64,000 nt of DNA from an uncultured Methanoregulaceae archaeon (GTDB taxonomy: Archaea; Halobacteriota; Methanomicrobia; Methanomicrobiales; Methanospirillaceae), in contig OY969564.1 in NCBI GenBank assembly GCA_963701095.1, forward strand, positions 448,001-512,000, given 5' to 3'. Below are positions 61,309 to 64,000 of this stretch, piece by piece. The notes under the pieces are model-generated. The model was given only the letters and a program-made list of their open reading frames with translations, was not told the DNA's origin and did not search any database. Position 1 is the stretch's first letter; the number at the start of each line of letters is the position of its first letter. The translations under genes and the position numbers were made by a program.

Positions 61309-62718
61309 TTGAGATTCAATATGGTCGGGAATGGTTTATCCAAACCGCATCAAATAAAGCTATTAAAAAAGATTTTTCGTGTTAATATTTTTATATTTAT
61401 CTTTATATCGTTAATAATTTATACAGTTAATGCAGCTGTTCCGCTCTCACTTTTTAATGCCACTCCACGATCCGGGATGGAACCGCTTGCTGTATCATTT
61501 TCTGATCTTTCAAAAGGTCATCCAACTGGCTTGGCCTGGTTCTTTGGAGATGAAAATTTTTCAGAACCATGGACAGAGATGAACGTTAGTCCCGGATGGG
61601 CCGCAAGATGGGGTCAGGCAAGTGTCGTCATGCCAGATGGGAATATCGTTCTCATGGGAGGTTTCATCGGGAATGGCCAGGTAGTTGGCAGTGATCGATA
61701 TACGAACGATACGTGGCGATCGACCGATGAGGGTGCTTCTTGGGAACTAATGAATACAAGCCCCGGATGGTCAATACGGGGATACGAAAACGGTGTTGCA
61801 ATGCCAGATGGAAAAATTATTTTAATGGGGGGATATGGTCCTTATGGCTATTTTAATGACGTTTGGCGATCTAGCGACGAAGGAACAACATGGGACATAG
61901 TAAATGCAAGTCCCGGGTGGTCTCCTAGGTTTGGCCAAAGCAGTGTTGTCATGCCAGATGGAACTATCGTCATCATGGGGGGATACGGCTTTTATGATTT
62001 TGATAATGATGTCTGGAAATCTTCCAATGAAGGCGCAACCTGGATGGAGGTAAACGCGAGTCCGGGGTGGTCAAAACGCTATTCGCAAAGCAGCATTGTA
62101 ACCCCGGATGGCGATATAATTCTTTTCGGCGGTTATGATTCCGGTAAAAACTACATGAACGATGTCTGGCGTTCAACTGATGAAGGCGCAACCTGGACGG
62201 AGGAAAACACAAGCGCCAGCTGGTCGCCGCGACATGGACAATGTAGTGTTATGATTCCCGATGGCAGTATCATCATGATGGGTGGAAGAATTAGTACTGG
62301 CGGTTATAAGAATGATATTTGGAGATCTACGGATAAGGGAGAAACGTGGACACAAATCAATGAAAGTGCCGGCTGGCCGGAGAGAGCTGCTTTTAGCTGC
62401 GTGGCAATACCCAATGGCAATATTGTCTTGATGGGAGGGTACGATCTTAGTTCTTTCAAGAATGACGTGTGGCGAGTCGGTACAGCCGGATCATTCGAAG
62501 AAAATCCGATTCACATTTACAATGTACCAGGAATATATCAGGTATCCTTGGTTGTTTACAATTCAGATGGTTTCAACACTTTGCTAAAGCCTGAATATAT
62601 CTCGGTTACCGGATTCTGCGATTCCTGCAAAGCAGATACATATCCAGCGTTTTCTATCGCAGTGATAGGTAGTATTGTTCTTGTCGTATCCTTTGTATGG
62701 TGGCGAAAAAATCGTTGA
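61309..62718 (+). CDS. Membrane-anchored Kelch/Asp-box propeller protein inside a split PKD domain
   Basis: Six ~50-aa repeats (PGW..R....V.MPDG.I.LMGG...NDVWRSTDEG..W) flanked by PKD halves; C-terminal TM plus WWRKNR. Confidence 0.85.
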   Translation: MRFNMVGNGLSKPHQIKLLKKIFRVNIFIFIFISLIIYTVNAAVPLSLFNATPRSGMEPLAVSFSDLSKGHPTGLAWFFGDENFSEPWTEMNVSPGWAARWGQASVVMPDGNIVLMGGFIGNGQVVGSDRYTNDTWRSTDEGASWELMNTSPGWSIRGYENGVAMPDGKIILMGGYGPYGYFNDVWRSSDEGTTWDIVNASPGWSPRFGQSSVVMPDGTIVIMGGYGFYDFDNDVWKSSNEGATWMEVNASPGWSKRYSQSSIVTPDGDIILFGGYDSGKNYMNDVWRSTDEGATWTEENTSASWSPRHGQCSVMIPDGSIIMMGGRISTGGYKNDIWRSTDKGETWTQINESAGWPERAAFSCVAIPNGNIVLMGGYDLSSFKNDVWRVGTAGSFEENPIHIYNVPGIYQVSLVVYNSDGFNTLLKPEYISVTGFCDSCKADTYPAFSIAVIGSIVLVVSFVWWRKNR

Positions 62719-62806
62719 CCATGCAGATGGAAATTAATTAGGGATCATTTCAAGTGGCCCTTAGGGCGGCCAGAAAGTGACGTACCAGAAAATTGTATAA
62801 AAATCT

Positions 62807-63283
62807 CTACAAATTTTTCAGGGCCACGAGGTCGCGGACTCCTACCAGTTTCCAGACAAGCGATCGTTCCTCTTCTGCTATTTTTGCCGGGGGATCAGTT
62901 GGTGAGTGACCGAGTGCAGCAAGGATATTGCAGGAGAGCTTGCGTTCCACGATCAGATCAACAAATTTTTCCCGGATAATCTTCTTTTCAATGGAGTCAT
63001 TTACCTCTTCAAGATATCCCTGTAATGTAACAAAGGTATATGACGAGAGATCTTTTGTGTATTTTTCTATCTCCACTGAAGCATGAGGACTTTTCTTGAA
63101 ATATTCCTGCTTCTTTCCGTATTTGGTGGATAAAAAATACATAAAAGATCCATCGAATACGTACAGGAATGGCGCTATGTAAGGGTATTTCTCTCCCTGA
63201 AATGCAATCCGGCACACATATCCCTTTTCGATCAACCGGTCATATTCCTGCTTTTCCATACGGGGGATCTTAACGACATCCAT
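62807..63283 (-). CDS. Pyridoxamine 5'-phosphate oxidase-like (NimA-type) flavin-binding protein
   Basis: VCRIAFQGEKYPYIAPFLY...YFLST.YGKK; start MDVVKIP at 63283. Confidence 0.8.
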   Translation of the reverse strand: MDVVKIPRMEKQEYDRLIEKGYVCRIAFQGEKYPYIAPFLYVFDGSFMYFLSTKYGKKQEYFKKSPHASVEIEKYTKDLSSYTFVTLQGYLEEVNDSIEKKIIREKFVDLIVERKLSCNILAALGHSPTDPPAKIAEEERSLVWKLVGVRDLVALKNL

Positions 63284-63394
63284 ATATCCGCACCAATTTG
63301 GATTCTGACGGGGAGCTGATAAATCTTCGTAAATCTGCTTGAAGCACAACTCACCTTCCGAATGTATTTTTTTTATTTTTCAAAGATTCAGTTT

Positions 63395-64000
63395 TTAATC
63401 TACGTACGAGTAACGGAGAAACAGAGGTTTTCCCGAGGGTAATATCCTTTCCCGGATGGTTTGGCAAATCTCTTTCAGGCTCACCGGGCAATATCCTATA
63501 ACCTCGACACTGACGTTAATCCTTTTTGAAATGGGATCGATAAACGGGAACGCGCAGAGATCATTATTATGATGGTGTCCATGTATGATCCAGCCGGAAA
63601 AACCGGCGGAGCGTCGTTCGGATCGTGCAAAAGAAGAAATTCCCGTCCTTCATAGGTCAAATGCACTGATTGAACTGCTGATTCTGTATTTCTGTCGTCG
63701 TTCCCGGCAACAAACGTAATAGTGCCATTAAGGAGAGCGCGATACTCTGATTCGAGGCATGCTTCTCTTCCATGTCGAAGATCACCAATGAAATATACAT
63801 GATCGCCCTGAGAAACAGAATAATTCCAGTTTGTTATAAGTGTTCGATCCATTTCGATAACGTCAGACGGGACAAACGGACGTGAACAGTAACGGATTAT
63901 ATTGGTATGGCCCAGATGAAGATCTGAGATAAGGTAAATTTCACCGGGGTCGTGATCTAACGGTCCTTTGAGTTCAAATCCTGCATATCGGCGGTATAAT
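63395..64000 (-). CDS. Calcineurin-like metallophosphoesterase, 5' end outside the window; apparent 1-nt deletion near 63600
   Basis: Translated by hand: ISDLHLGHTNII.YC.RPF, FIGDL, AGNDD, LLHDP; then in a shifted frame WIIHGHHHNN...INVSVE...LRYSYVD* (TAA 63395-63397). Confidence 0.8.

Noticed and set aside
61560..62480. ~150-bp periodic repeats as a CRISPR array or DNA repeat element
   Set aside because: The repeats are degenerate at synonymous positions and correspond to protein propeller blades; there are no identical repeats with unique spacers.

Overview
Archaeal methanogen DNA, most consistent with Methanomicrobiales (Methanoregula-like). Evidence: methanogenesis marker 8, an archaeal anaerobic cobalamin operon, PEF-CTERM proteins with archaeosortase C, and wHTH-PAS one-component regulators. 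Layout: 1-11 kb holds stress, transport and hypothetical genes; 11.1-16.9 kb is cbiT-L-F-G-H-C-D-E; about 19-53 kb is a large, visibly AT-richer cell-surface/glycan locus; 53-59 kb is mutS-mutL-mutY; further surface proteins follow. The surface locus contains archaeosortase C, a flippase, a MraY/AglH-type initiating transferase, a 1303-aa GT-C-like fusion, four FemAB-like GNATs, a BshC-like ligase next to a PIG-L deacetylase and a DUF354 glycosyltransferase, two secreted heparinase II/III-like lyases and two wHTH-PAS regulators. The most striking item is a tandem pair of PEF-CTERM proteins with the motif triad of Cys-Gln thioester domains (WCxD, QSAIW, QDxLI), a covalent adhesin chemistry described mainly from Gram-positive bacteria. 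About nine single-base frameshifts (cbiL, cbiG, mutS, mutY and others) most likely reflect consensus errors; three are the same event, CCCGGG read as CCGGG. No rRNA, tRNA, CRISPR array or transposase was seen. All family assignments come from motif recognition, not database searches.
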